A DNA stretch of 40,799 bases, taken from positions 1-40,799 of the forward strand of contig JAGXOH010000003.1 in the NCBI GenBank assembly GCA_023659985.1, in the 5' to 3' direction. Of the stretch, positions 19,509 through 29,048 are shown one piece after another. The notes under the pieces were generated by a model. The model was not told the origin of the DNA. It ran no database searches and saw only the letters and a list, made by a program, of their open reading frames with translations. Source of the stretch: Candidatus Falkowbacteria bacterium LH_S3. Its GTDB lineage: Bacteria > Patescibacteriota > Patescibacteriia > Patescibacteriales > JAGXOH01. The translations under genes were made by a program, and so were the position numbers. Each line of letters opens with the position of its first letter. The first letter of the stretch is position 1.

Positions 19509-19802
19509 TGTCATATGAAATCGGTGCACCTATTTTTCGACCTTTGATTGATTTTGAATGATAGTTTTTTAATCAATTTAGATTTTTGTTCTTTCTCAAA
19601 ATAGAGTTGTTCTTGTTTGAGATTCCATTCAGCTAAGACAAAATAGTTAACGTAGGATTTGGGCAGAAATACTTCTCATTGAAATGATTTTTCTTTGTTC
19701 ATAGAATTTAGTAGATTAGAATTAATTTTCAAAGTCGAGTAATTATAGTCTATTAATACTCTGAACAAAAATCAACTTAAGGTGCTACGATTTTATTTGG
19801 CT
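19509..19802 (-). mobile_element. Internally deleted IS remnant (MITE-like) with imperfect terminal inverted repeats
   Basis: TGTCATATGAAATCGGTGCACCT versus the reverse complement of 19780-19802 match at 17/23. The minus strand has a start MNKEKS joined to a C-terminal fragment EVFLPKSYVNYFVLAEWNLK...CTDFI*. Confidence 0.55.
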
Positions 19803-19809
19803 AATAGCC

Positions 19810-19930
19810 GCTAAAAGCTAAAAACTACAACTTAAAACTTAAATCTTAAAATTTCTTAACGATGTTTTAATTCAGTTTTGAATTTTGAGTTTTGGTTTTG
19901 ACTTTTGACTTTTGAGTTTCAACTATATTT
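19810..19930 (-). repeat. Empty four-helix-bundle cassette
   Basis: 19858-19899 is the exact reverse complement of 14763-14804 (42 nt); 19814-19843 is the exact reverse complement of 15132-15161 (30 nt). Confidence 0.9.
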
Positions 19931-19958
19931 CATATATCATTTGTATTTTTTAAAAATA

Positions 19959-22367
19959 ATGTATTTAAACAAAAAACCCATCTTTTTTTTGATATTGGCT
20001 ATTATAGTAACAGTGGCTGGCTTTTATGTTCTTCAAAACAATCAAATATTCACAGGCAGAGCTGAGTCAGATGATAATATCATTGGATATGCTTGGAGCG
20101 AAAATATGGGTTGGATAAGTTTTAATTGCACAAATGAATCTAATTGCGGAAGTAGTAATTATGGAGTGGATATTGATATGGAAACAGGCGATTTCTCCGG
20201 GTATGCTTGGAGTTCCAATATCGGTTGGATTGATTTTTCTCCGAGCGGACCTTACCCCGGAACTCCTTATCACGGAGTCAAATATGAATATGGGGATAGT
20301 GGCTTGGAAAGAAGGGTTACTGGTTGGGCCAAGACTTTAGTCTTAGAAGATGAAGGTTGGATAAAATTAAATAGCGATCCTTGGCTTTCTGGTTGGGACC
20401 AGAGACGGCAAATAACCATAGATAGTAATGATATAAATAATGATCTTGATCAGTTTCCAGTGCCAGTGTCTATAAACAATAATGCAGGCAAAAACAATGC
20501 TGATATCACTTCTATATTTGATGAAGTGGGAACTAGTAGTCAGAAAATAGCCATAACTGAATCTGACGGAGTAACACAGTTGTATGCTGAAATAGAAAAA
20601 TGGGACGCGGCGAGCGAGGAGGCGGTTATTTGGGCAGGAGGATATAATTGTGATATTGATAGTTCTTCTAATACTCATTTTTATATTTATTATGACAATG
20701 ACCAGTCAAGCAATGATTCTTATGTAACTTTAGGCACCAATGCCACCACTTCTGAGCAGATATGGGGCAATGATTACAGCTTGGTTCAACATTTAAATGA
20801 AGAGGAAGCAGGGGCAGGAACGGCGGCTTTATATAAAGATTCTACCAATAATAACAATAATGGAGATGACCAAGTTTCGGCTACTGGTCAAGATGGGCAA
20901 ATCAATGGAGGACAGGAATTTGACGGGTTAGATGATTATATTAGCTTGGGAGATAATGATATAGAAGGTGTTTTTGCTGAAGGAAGTTCGGTTTTTACAG
21001 TAACTGCTTGGGTTAAACCAAGTATTTTAGGAACCGCAAGTAGCAATCACGGCACTAGAAATGTAGTGTTAGCTCGTGCTTCAGATAGTAGTAACGATAA
21101 TTTTGAATTAGGAATTAGTGATGGAGGTGATTTGGACTTATATATTGATGAAAACAATGATGATATAACGAAAACTTATGGAGCGGGCGAGATGACCATA
21201 GATGACTGGCATTTTATTACAGCAAGTTTTAACTCTGGTTTAGTAGATGTATATTTAGATGGGAACCATTATACAGGTTCTTTCGTTGGAATTTCTTTGG
21301 ACGCAGCCAATGGTTCACCTGTAACAATTGGAGTTACAAGGCATTCTGATATATATTTTGAAGGTTTTATTGACGAAACCCACATTTCAAACACAATCAG
21401 AAGCCCAGCTTGGGTGGAAACTGATTACAGAGCAGGAATGGATGATCTACTTACTTGGGGCTCAGAGGAATTTGTTGATTACGGGGTTACCGCTGATATC
21501 AGCTCTGGCGAGTTCTCAGGCTGGGCCTGGAACAAAAGCAGAGTGAACAATGCTTCTGGTATCGGTTGGATTAGTTTTAATTGCGCTGACAGCGGAGCCG
21601 GAGGGTGCGCAAGCACTGATTATATGGTTTCTGGCTATTTAAATACTGTTCCCACCTCCACCAATATGACTTCTCCTAATTGGAGTAGTTCTGACGCCTG
21701 TTCTGATACTGCTTTGAAGTCTATTTTGGAATGGGAGTTTTCAGATCCTGATAAGGGTTCTTCCCAGTCAGCTTATCAATTAGTGGTGGATACTGACGAC
21801 ACCAGAGATGATGATACTCCGCTACTTGATACAGGAAACACATCAGGAAGCGCTCAGCAGTATTTACTAAATTCTTCATCTTTGGACTATGACACCTCCT
21901 ATTATTGGTGGATTAAGGTATGGGACAATCATGATATTGATTCTGATTGGCATCAATACTCCACTGAACCAGATACAGATAATGATGACGGCAATGCCAA
22001 CACTTTTACCACTTACAAGCATGAATTTCCAGAAGTTTATTTCCATTGGGTTCCGGATCCGCCTAGTGTTAACGAGGATGTAACTTTCACTAGTGATTCT
22101 TCAAGATATACGGTTGCTACTCCAACTATCGCTACTTCTTGCAGTACCAGCACCTGCAATTATAATTGGGATTTTTCAGGCTCTGATGCTACAATAACAG
22201 AAGGAAGCACTTCTTCTTCCACTATTACTGTTCAATTTACTTCCACCTCCACTCAAACCGTTGTCTTAGAAGTTACTGATCAAGAGGACTATACTTGCGC
22301 CAGTTCAACTTCCATTGAAATGAATCCGGAATTGCCGATATGGAGGGAAGTGAAGGTAAATGATTAA
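19959..22367 (+). CDS. Secreted/surface protein: GxAW...GWISF repeats, DUF2341-like, LamG-like and Ig/PKD-like domains
   Basis: Signal/TM segment, GYAWSENMGWISFNC repeats, WDQRRQITID..LYAEIEKW..YIYYDN, FDGLDDYI..FTVTAWVKP..WHFITAS..FEGFIDE. Confidence 0.75.
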   Translation: MYLNKKPIFFLILAIIVTVAGFYVLQNNQIFTGRAESDDNIIGYAWSENMGWISFNCTNESNCGSSNYGVDIDMETGDFSGYAWSSNIGWIDFSPSGPYPGTPYHGVKYEYGDSGLERRVTGWAKTLVLEDEGWIKLNSDPWLSGWDQRRQITIDSNDINNDLDQFPVPVSINNNAGKNNADITSIFDEVGTSSQKIAITESDGVTQLYAEIEKWDAASEEAVIWAGGYNCDIDSSSNTHFYIYYDNDQSSNDSYVTLGTNATTSEQIWGNDYSLVQHLNEEEAGAGTAALYKDSTNNNNNGDDQVSATGQDGQINGGQEFDGLDDYISLGDNDIEGVFAEGSSVFTVTAWVKPSILGTASSNHGTRNVVLARASDSSNDNFELGISDGGDLDLYIDENNDDITKTYGAGEMTIDDWHFITASFNSGLVDVYLDGNHYTGSFVGISLDAANGSPVTIGVTRHSDIYFEGFIDETHISNTIRSPAWVETDYRAGMDDLLTWGSEEFVDYGVTADISSGEFSGWAWNKSRVNNASGIGWISFNCADSGAGGCASTDYMVSGYLNTVPTSTNMTSPNWSSSDACSDTALKSILEWEFSDPDKGSSQSAYQLVVDTDDTRDDDTPLLDTGNTSGSAQQYLLNSSSLDYDTSYYWWIKVWDNHDIDSDWHQYSTEPDTDNDDGNANTFTTYKHEFPEVYFHWVPDPPSVNEDVTFTSDSSRYTVATPTIATSCSTSTCNYNWDFSGSDATITEGSTSSSTITVQFTSTSTQTVVLEVTDQEDYTCASSTSIEMNPELPIWREVKVND

Positions 22368-22389
22368 TTTGTAAATATTTTGGAATTTG

Positions 22390-22935
22390 ATGAGAAAAAC
22401 ATTTAAAAATTTTAAAAATAAGGGAAAAAATATCAACGGTTTTACTTTAATAGAATTAACGGTTGTACTCGCTATTATTGCTATTTTAACTGCAGTTTTT
22501 TTGGCCAGTTTTCGCGTCGGCAGTGAGCCATCCAAGATCAAGTTGGTTTCCCACAACATTGTTAGTAATATTAGATTGGCCCAAAGCAACACCTTAGGAG
22601 CGGTAAAATATGAAGACCAAGTCCCGGAGGGAGGCTGGGGAGTTCACATGGAAGAGGGAAATTCGCGATATGCTATTTTTGCCGATATTAACGCCAACCA
22701 TAGCTATAACGAGATAGATGAAAAGTTTGTTATTAAAGATTTTAGTGAAAATATACAAATCACATCTATTGATCATGGAGATTCTGTAGATATTGTTTTT
22801 GACCCTCCAGATCCGACCACTTATATAAATGGCACCAGCACTGGTTCAGTATTAATAAGCTTAATAGATGATCAGGATAATTCTGAGTCTATAAGAGTTA
22901 ACTTTTTCGGATTAATAGAAGTGGTTAAAGAATAA
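22390..22935 (+). CDS. Type IV minor pilin (FimT/FimU-like)
   Basis: Class III signal G|FTLIE followed by a hydrophobic helix. Confidence 0.85.
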   Translation: MRKTFKNFKNKGKNINGFTLIELTVVLAIIAILTAVFLASFRVGSEPSKIKLVSHNIVSNIRLAQSNTLGAVKYEDQVPEGGWGVHMEEGNSRYAIFADINANHSYNEIDEKFVIKDFSENIQITSIDHGDSVDIVFDPPDPTTYINGTSTGSVLISLIDDQDNSESIRVNFFGLIEVVKE

Positions 22936-22961
22936 TTACTAATCACTTTATGTTCATATAT

Positions 22962-23543
22962 ATGAACAATAAGACTAAAAAAATAACAGCTGAAGCAGTG
23001 AATATCAAAAAAAATAATGGTTTTTCCCTTATTGAAGTCGCTACGGCTTTATTTGTTATATCTGTTGGACTGGTGGGTATTTTAAGTTTGATATCCCAAA
23101 ATATCCAAGCTGAAAATATTAACAAAAATAAGTTAATAGCTTCCCAATTGGCTCAAGAAGGTCTGGAATTGGTTCGGAACCGACGGGGAGATAATTGGCT
23201 TACTGATGATGATTGGAATGACGGCATAACAGAGGATAATTATATAGTAGATTATACTGGAAAAATTCAGGAGGTGTCTGGCATAGAAAATGCTGTTTTG
23301 CAAATGAATGATGAAGGATATTATGTTCATGATGGGGATTATAGTGATACTATTTTTAAAAGGATGATAATTATTAGATCATTTCCTATGGCAACGCCTC
23401 CCCCTATGGCAACGCCTCCCCCTGTGGCAACGCCTCCCCCTATGGCAACGGCCTCCTCTTCTGTTTCTTGCCAGGTGAAGTGGAATGCCAGAGGAAGAGA
23501 TTTTGATTATATAGCGGATACGGTGTTGTATAACTGGAGATGA
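22962..23543 (+). CDS. Type IV minor pilin (PilV-like)
   Basis: G|FSLIE and A.QLAQEGLELVRN.R motif; contains an in-frame 18-bp repeat. Confidence 0.85.
   Translation: MNNKTKKITAEAVNIKKNNGFSLIEVATALFVISVGLVGILSLISQNIQAENINKNKLIASQLAQEGLELVRNRRGDNWLTDDDWNDGITEDNYIVDYTGKIQEVSGIENAVLQMNDEGYYVHDGDYSDTIFKRMIIIRSFPMATPPPMATPPPVATPPPMATASSSVSCQVKWNARGRDFDYIADTVLYNWR
23385..23450 (+). repeat. In-frame 18-bp tandem repeat, about 3.7 copies
   Basis: CCT(A/G)TGGCAACGCCTCCC, encoding P(M/V)ATPP. Confidence 0.95.
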
Positions 23544-23682
23544 TTTTATTGTTAATTTAGCTGATATAAGCTTGGGAAGTTATTAATTGTTGTTTATTAT
23601 AGCAAGAACATAATCATTAATAACTATAAATAATCTGGTAACCACTAATAATAACTCATAATTTTCTTGTCAAAACCGCCTT

Positions 23683-24291
23683 ATGAAAAAACAAGAAAAA
23701 CAAATATTAGAACAAAACAGAACTGCAACACAGGAAAAGGGCTTTACTTTTATAGAGATGGTGGTGTCTATTGCCTTGTTTGCAGTGGTTGCTCTATCAT
23801 CTACGCAGATTTTAAAGATGGTATTAGAGGGTCAGCAAAGCGCTATTACTTCCCAAAATATTCAAGAAAATATGAGATATGTTTTTGAAGTTATGAGCAA
23901 GGAAGCGCGGGTGGCAACAATAAGCAATGATGAGTGTGAAGATATTTTTTCTCCAAGCGCAAGCGCCGAGAATAAGGTTTTTAATGAAACAGAGATTAAT
24001 GACAATGATGCTCTTTATTTTAAAAATCAATATGGTGAATGCACAGTTTATTATTTGTCAGACAGCGGGGTTATGATGATTACTCGGGGAGAAGATACCG
24101 CTTCCACTACTCCGAATAATTTAGCTATTAACAGTTTGGAATTTAGCATAGAAGATGACGGTATTGGAGAGGTTCATTCAATGCAGCCTAAGGTAACTGT
24201 AAATATGAATGTAACAACTGATACTAACGATGAGATGCATAAGAAAGAAATGAAATTGCAAACAACAATATCGTCTAGATATTATGAGTAA
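23683..24291 (+). CDS. Type IV minor pilin (PilW-like)
   Basis: G|FTFIE, hydrophobic helix, C-terminal LQTTISSR. Confidence 0.85.
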   Translation: MKKQEKQILEQNRTATQEKGFTFIEMVVSIALFAVVALSSTQILKMVLEGQQSAITSQNIQENMRYVFEVMSKEARVATISNDECEDIFSPSASAENKVFNETEINDNDALYFKNQYGECTVYYLSDSGVMMITRGEDTASTTPNNLAINSLEFSIEDDGIGEVHSMQPKVTVNMNVTTDTNDEMHKKEMKLQTTISSRYYE

Positions 24292-24371
24292 ATTTTAATC
24301 TGGATGTTATTCCTGTATCAAAGATTAGTATTTATGGCTTAAAGTTATGGTGTTAATTTAAAGATACTTTT

Positions 24372-24773
24372 ATGAATATGAAAAAGGCTAAATTCAAGAA
24401 CATAAGGCTAAATTGCGTTAAAAATGAGCAGTTTGGTTCAGCTTTATTAATGACCATTATGATTTTGGGCGGCTTTTTATTGTCTTCTCTCGTAGCTGCC
24501 AACATAATTTTTCACGGTATTAAAATGGTTAAAGTGCAAACTTCTTCTACCAAGGCTTTTTTTGCTGGTGAAGCTGGAGCGGAAAAAGCTTTATGGAAAG
24601 TTAGGAAAGACGGATACAGCTTGCCTGCTTCAGATGAAGAGAATATTTTTTCTGGAACATTGGGTAATGGAAGTAGTTATTCTGTTAATTATACAGCAGC
24701 ATCCTATACTGATATAATGACCTCTGTGGGAGAATATGAAACAACCAAAAGAAGCACGGAAGTGGAATGGTGA
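24372..24773 (+). CDS. PilX-like minor pilin
   Basis: G|SALL without Glu5, AFFAGEAGAEKAL motif; last gene of the minor-pilin series. Confidence 0.8.
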   Translation: MNMKKAKFKNIRLNCVKNEQFGSALLMTIMILGGFLLSSLVAANIIFHGIKMVKVQTSSTKAFFAGEAGAEKALWKVRKDGYSLPASDEENIFSGTLGNGSSYSVNYTAASYTDIMTSVGEYETTKRSTEVEW

Positions 24774-24779
24774 ATACTC

Positions 24780-25344
24780 AATAAAATCCAAAATCCAAAA
24801 TCCTAATGTCAAATGAAATCCAAAATCCAAATGACAAATTAAATATAGTTGAAACTCAAAACTCAAAAGTCAAAAGTCAAAACCAAAACTCAAAATTCAA
24901 AACCAAAATTTAAATGAAATCCAAAATCCAAAATCCTAATGCCAAATGAAATCCAAAATCCAAATGCCAAATTAGTCAAGCAAAGCTTGACTGCTCAACG
25001 CTGAACGCATAAAGATTAAAGATATTAAAAATAGGAACCTATGTTTATTCATTTGACATTTGAGCTTTGACATTTGACCTTCATTTGACATTTGAGCTTT
25101 GTCATTTGGATTTTATTGTATGACATTAGGATTTTGACATTAGGATTTTATTAAGTAGAAGTTTTAAGTTTTAAGTTGTAGCTTTTAGCTTTGAGTTTTT
25201 AGCTTTAAGTTCTGACATTTGACATTTATTCATTTGGATTTCATTTGTCATTTGGATTTTGTCATTTGGATTTTATTAAGTAGAAGTTTTAAGTTTTAAG
25301 TTGTAGCTTTTAGCTTTTAGCTTTAAGTTCTGACATTTGACATT
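24780..25344. repeat. Large composite inverted heptamer repeat
   Basis: A-rich arm (TCCAAAA, GTCAAAT, CTCAAAA), hairpin AGTCAAGC-AAA-GCTTGACT, then a T-rich arm with an internal duplication of about 70 nt. Confidence 0.92.
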
Positions 25345-25477
25345 GTGTGCCTAAAACAACAAATAATTGAAAAAACAGAGAATATGGGTTACTATAAAAA
25401 TAAACAATATAAACTTAACTTACAAACACTTGTATTGATGTTTTTAAAAATTAAACAACAAGCAAACCAAAAATATT

Positions 25478-26740
25478 ATGTCTAAATTTATTATCCAAGG
25501 CCAAGCTAAATTATCCGGAGAAATAGAAGTGAAAGGAGCTAAAAATTTAGCATTAAAAATAATCCCAGCCTCCATTTTGATAAAAGATGAAATTTTTGTT
25601 ACCTCTCTACCTGATATAAAAGATATAAATAAATCCTTATCTCTACTGGAAAAACTCGGCGCCAGTATTAAAAAAAACGAAAATTCAGCTCAAATAAACT
25701 CCCGCGAGATTAAAGAAACAACTCTATTTGAAGGCCATGCCAAAACATTCAGGGCTTCAATAATGTTTGTGGGACCTCTACTAGCTCGTTTCGGAGAAGT
25801 AAGTTTTCCGCACCCCGGTGGATGCGTTATCGGAGCCGGGAGGAGGCCTATTGATTTGTTTGTGGAAGGATTTAAAGCATTAGGAGCCGAATTAAAGCAA
25901 CAAGGAAATTATTACCATTTAAAAGCTTCTAAACTTAGTGGAACTGAATATTTTTTTCCTAGTATAAGCGTCACTGCCACTGAAAGCTTAATGATGACCG
26001 CCACCTTAGCCCAAGGAACCACAGTTCTTAAAAATTGTGCTATGGAACCAGAAGTTAAAGTGTTAGCAGATTTTTTAAACAACAGGGGCGCAAAAATAAA
26101 AGGAGCAGGCACACCGACTATAAAGATTCAAGGAGTTAATAAATTAAAAGGAGGACGAGCCAGAATTATTCCAGATCGAATTGAAACCGGCTCTTTCGCT
26201 ATTATGGCGGCAGCTACTGGCTCAGAGCTAACCATTACCGAATGCGAACCTAACCATATTCAAATCTTATTAACCATTTTTGATAAGATCGGAGTCTATT
26301 ATAAAAAGGAGAAAAATAAACTACACATAAAGCAGACTAAATCATTAAAACCGTATAACATCAAAACTCATGAATACCCCGGTTTTCCCACAGATCTTCA
26401 ACCGCCATACACGGTCTTAATGACCCAGGCCAAAGGAACCAGTCTAATCCATGAGGCTATTTATGACAGAAGATTGCTTTATATAGATCTCCTCTCTCAA
26501 ATGGGAGCTGACATACTAATGTGTGATCCTCATAGAGCCATTGTTAACGGTCCCACCAAGCTTTATAATCGAAAATTAACAAGCCCTGATCTTCGAGCGG
26601 GAATTGCTTTATTGATAGCATCTTTAGTAGCCAAAGGCACATCTGAAATAGACAACATCTATCAAATAGAAAGAGGTTATAAAAATATTGATAAAAGATT
26701 AAAAGCTATAGGCGTTGATATTCAAAGAAAAAACGAATGA
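25478..26740 (+). CDS. murA: UDP-N-acetylglucosamine 1-carboxyvinyltransferase
   Basis: GAKN, RASI, PGGCVIG.RPID, PDRIE, YPGFPTDLQ and DLRAG. Confidence 0.97.
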   Translation: MSKFIIQGQAKLSGEIEVKGAKNLALKIIPASILIKDEIFVTSLPDIKDINKSLSLLEKLGASIKKNENSAQINSREIKETTLFEGHAKTFRASIMFVGPLLARFGEVSFPHPGGCVIGAGRRPIDLFVEGFKALGAELKQQGNYYHLKASKLSGTEYFFPSISVTATESLMMTATLAQGTTVLKNCAMEPEVKVLADFLNNRGAKIKGAGTPTIKIQGVNKLKGGRARIIPDRIETGSFAIMAAATGSELTITECEPNHIQILLTIFDKIGVYYKKEKNKLHIKQTKSLKPYNIKTHEYPGFPTDLQPPYTVLMTQAKGTSLIHEAIYDRRLLYIDLLSQMGADILMCDPHRAIVNGPTKLYNRKLTSPDLRAGIALLIASLVAKGTSEIDNIYQIERGYKNIDKRLKAIGVDIQRKNE

Positions 26741-26801
26741 CAAGATAAAAAATAAATACAGACTACTAATTTTTATTGTTTGTTAGCTATAATTATTTTT
26801 T

Positions 26802-28187
26802 ATGGTATCAAAAAGAAGAAGAATATTATTCCTTTTATTTATATTAATATTTGCTATTATATCTTCTCTTACTATTTTGTATACTTCCGGATATAGTATA
26901 AATTGGACTTGGCCACCCAATTTTAATCAAGTGTTGCAAAAAACAGGTATGTTAGTGCTGGAAACTGAACCTGAAGGAGCTGATATTTATATAAACGGAA
27001 AAACACAAAAAAAATTATTAGATAATATTGGATTATCACAAAACCAGGAAAACATCGTGAAAACTCCGGCTAAGATAAAATACATAGCTCCTGGCAAATA
27101 CCATATACGTTTGGAAAAGGAAAATTATTGGCCATGGGAAAAGGAGCTGCGCATTCTACCCGGAAAGCAAACCAAGACCCAAGATATAATTTTATTCAAA
27201 AAAAGCCTTCCTTCAAAAATCGTTTCCTCTTCGGCTCAAAAAATAAAAATATCATCTGATAAAAATTATATACTACTACCTAAAGATGACTTATTGGTTA
27301 ATTTAAACAAAGAACAGGCCATAAGCATAAAAAGCCAAGAAACTGCAAACTTAAAGGCTACTTCTACTGCCAAAACCATTTCTTGGTCTCCAGACAGCCA
27401 AAAATTTTTAATAGGAACAAAAATATATAATATTGATGATATTAAAAACCCCATAAACTTAGATGATAAACTGTTAAATTCCAATGTCAAAAATATAAAA
27501 TGGCTTAATAATTCAGTTATTTACTACCAATTTAAAAATTCAATCGCTTACTATGATATCAATCAGGATAAAAGCGAAACCATCCTTTCTTTAGAAAAAA
27601 ATATAATTGACTATCTCCCAGGAGATGATAGGATTTATATTATAAACAGCCAAGGAATGCAGGTATCAATGGGAATATATTCCATTGATTCAAAAACCGT
27701 TTTTAGAAAAATCAATCTTCCTTATTCTACTAGCTACACTTTCATTAACCCTTCACACAAATTAATAAATCTATATGACAAAAATTATAATATATTGTAT
27801 CTTATAAATGAGGATTCTTTTTTCAACCCTATAAAAACTATTCTAGAAAATATTAAATATACTGACTGGGCAGGAGAAAATAAACTGGTTTACGCAAACA
27901 AATTTGAAATTTGGACTTATAACATAGAAAATAACAAAAAAACCTTGTTAACGCGCATCAGTGAACCGATTATCGGAGTAAGTTGGCATCACAGCATGAA
28001 ATACGCTCTTTATTACACAAAAACCGCCATAAATGTAATTGAAAACAAACAACAGACAAAAAAGAGTATAACTAATCTAACAAACGTTACAAGAATTTAT
28101 TCATCTGCGAAGGGGATGAGTGGTAACTTTATATATTTTAATGCTAAAATCGGCAGAAACACAGGGCTATATAAATTAAGCCTTTAA
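26802..28187 (+). CDS. PEGA-domain membrane-anchored protein with beta-propeller-like C-terminus
   Basis: TM segment, TGMLVLETEPEGADIYING..TP..PGKY.IRLEKENY..W, and WSPD repeat. Confidence 0.8.
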   Translation: MVSKRRRILFLLFILIFAIISSLTILYTSGYSINWTWPPNFNQVLQKTGMLVLETEPEGADIYINGKTQKKLLDNIGLSQNQENIVKTPAKIKYIAPGKYHIRLEKENYWPWEKELRILPGKQTKTQDIILFKKSLPSKIVSSSAQKIKISSDKNYILLPKDDLLVNLNKEQAISIKSQETANLKATSTAKTISWSPDSQKFLIGTKIYNIDDIKNPINLDDKLLNSNVKNIKWLNNSVIYYQFKNSIAYYDINQDKSETILSLEKNIIDYLPGDDRIYIINSQGMQVSMGIYSIDSKTVFRKINLPYSTSYTFINPSHKLINLYDKNYNILYLINEDSFFNPIKTILENIKYTDWAGENKLVYANKFEIWTYNIENNKKTLLTRISEPIIGVSWHHSMKYALYYTKTAINVIENKQQTKKSITNLTNVTRIYSSAKGMSGNFIYFNAKIGRNTGLYKLSL

Positions 28188-28215
28188 TAGAAAACTTATA
28201 ATTAACATATATATT

Positions 28216-29040
28216 ATGATAGGAGTATTAGATTCAGGCTTAGGAGGACTTACTTTCTTAAAAGAGTTTTCAGATGCATTGCCTGGCTATAGTTTTGTTT
28301 ATCTAGGAGATAATGCCAGAGCACCCTATGGCAACAAATCACAAGAAATTATTTATAAATACACTCGCCAAGGAGTGGAATTTCTTTTTGACAAAGGGTG
28401 TGAGCTTATAATAATCGCGTGTAATACCGCATCAAGTGAACCCCTGAAAAAAATCCAACAAGAATTTCTCCTTGAAAAATACCCTGATAAAAACGTTTTG
28501 GGAGTAATTGTTCCCACTGTTGAAGGTGCTATGCAGAGTATAAATTATAATTCTAAAAAAAATAAAATAGGAATCATCGGAACCAAAGCGACTATGGAAT
28601 CCAAAAGTTATGACCAAGAATTTAAAAAACTATCTCCAAAAGTAGAAATATACAAAAAAGCCACCCCTTTGCTAGTGCCTTTAATTGAAGAGGGATGGCT
28701 GGATAGACGGGAAACTAAAATGATATTAAGGTATTATCTGCGAGACTTGAAAAATAATAAAGTAAATACATTAATCTTGGGATGCACTCATTATCCAGTG
28801 CTACATAAAACAATACAAGGAATAGTCGGATCTCAAATCAATGTAGCGGATGCTCCTAAAGCCGTGGCTCTACGCTTAAAAGACTATCTAACCAGGCATC
28901 CGGAAAGAGATGAAAAAATTGAAAAGAAGAGAAAGAGAATCTTTTATACCACAGATGATAAAAAAAGATTTGCCAGTATCGGACAAAGATTTTATAAAGC
29001 ACCTATTAAAAAGGTAGAAAAAATAAACTTGGAACAATAA
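28216..29040 (+). CDS. murI: Glutamate racemase
   Basis: DSGLGGL, PYG, IACNTAS and LGCTHYP. Confidence 0.97.
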   Translation: MIGVLDSGLGGLTFLKEFSDALPGYSFVYLGDNARAPYGNKSQEIIYKYTRQGVEFLFDKGCELIIIACNTASSEPLKKIQQEFLLEKYPDKNVLGVIVPTVEGAMQSINYNSKKNKIGIIGTKATMESKSYDQEFKKLSPKVEIYKKATPLLVPLIEEGWLDRRETKMILRYYLRDLKNNKVNTLILGCTHYPVLHKTIQGIVGSQINVADAPKAVALRLKDYLTRHPERDEKIEKKRKRIFYTTDDKKRFASIGQRFYKAPIKKVEKINLEQ

Positions 29041-29048
29041 TCAATTGT

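Noticed and set aside
25478-26740. Alternative genetic code (TGA=Gly as in Gracilibacteria/Absconditabacteria)
   Set aside because: Conserved genes are full length in code 11 and murA ends at TGA at the expected position.
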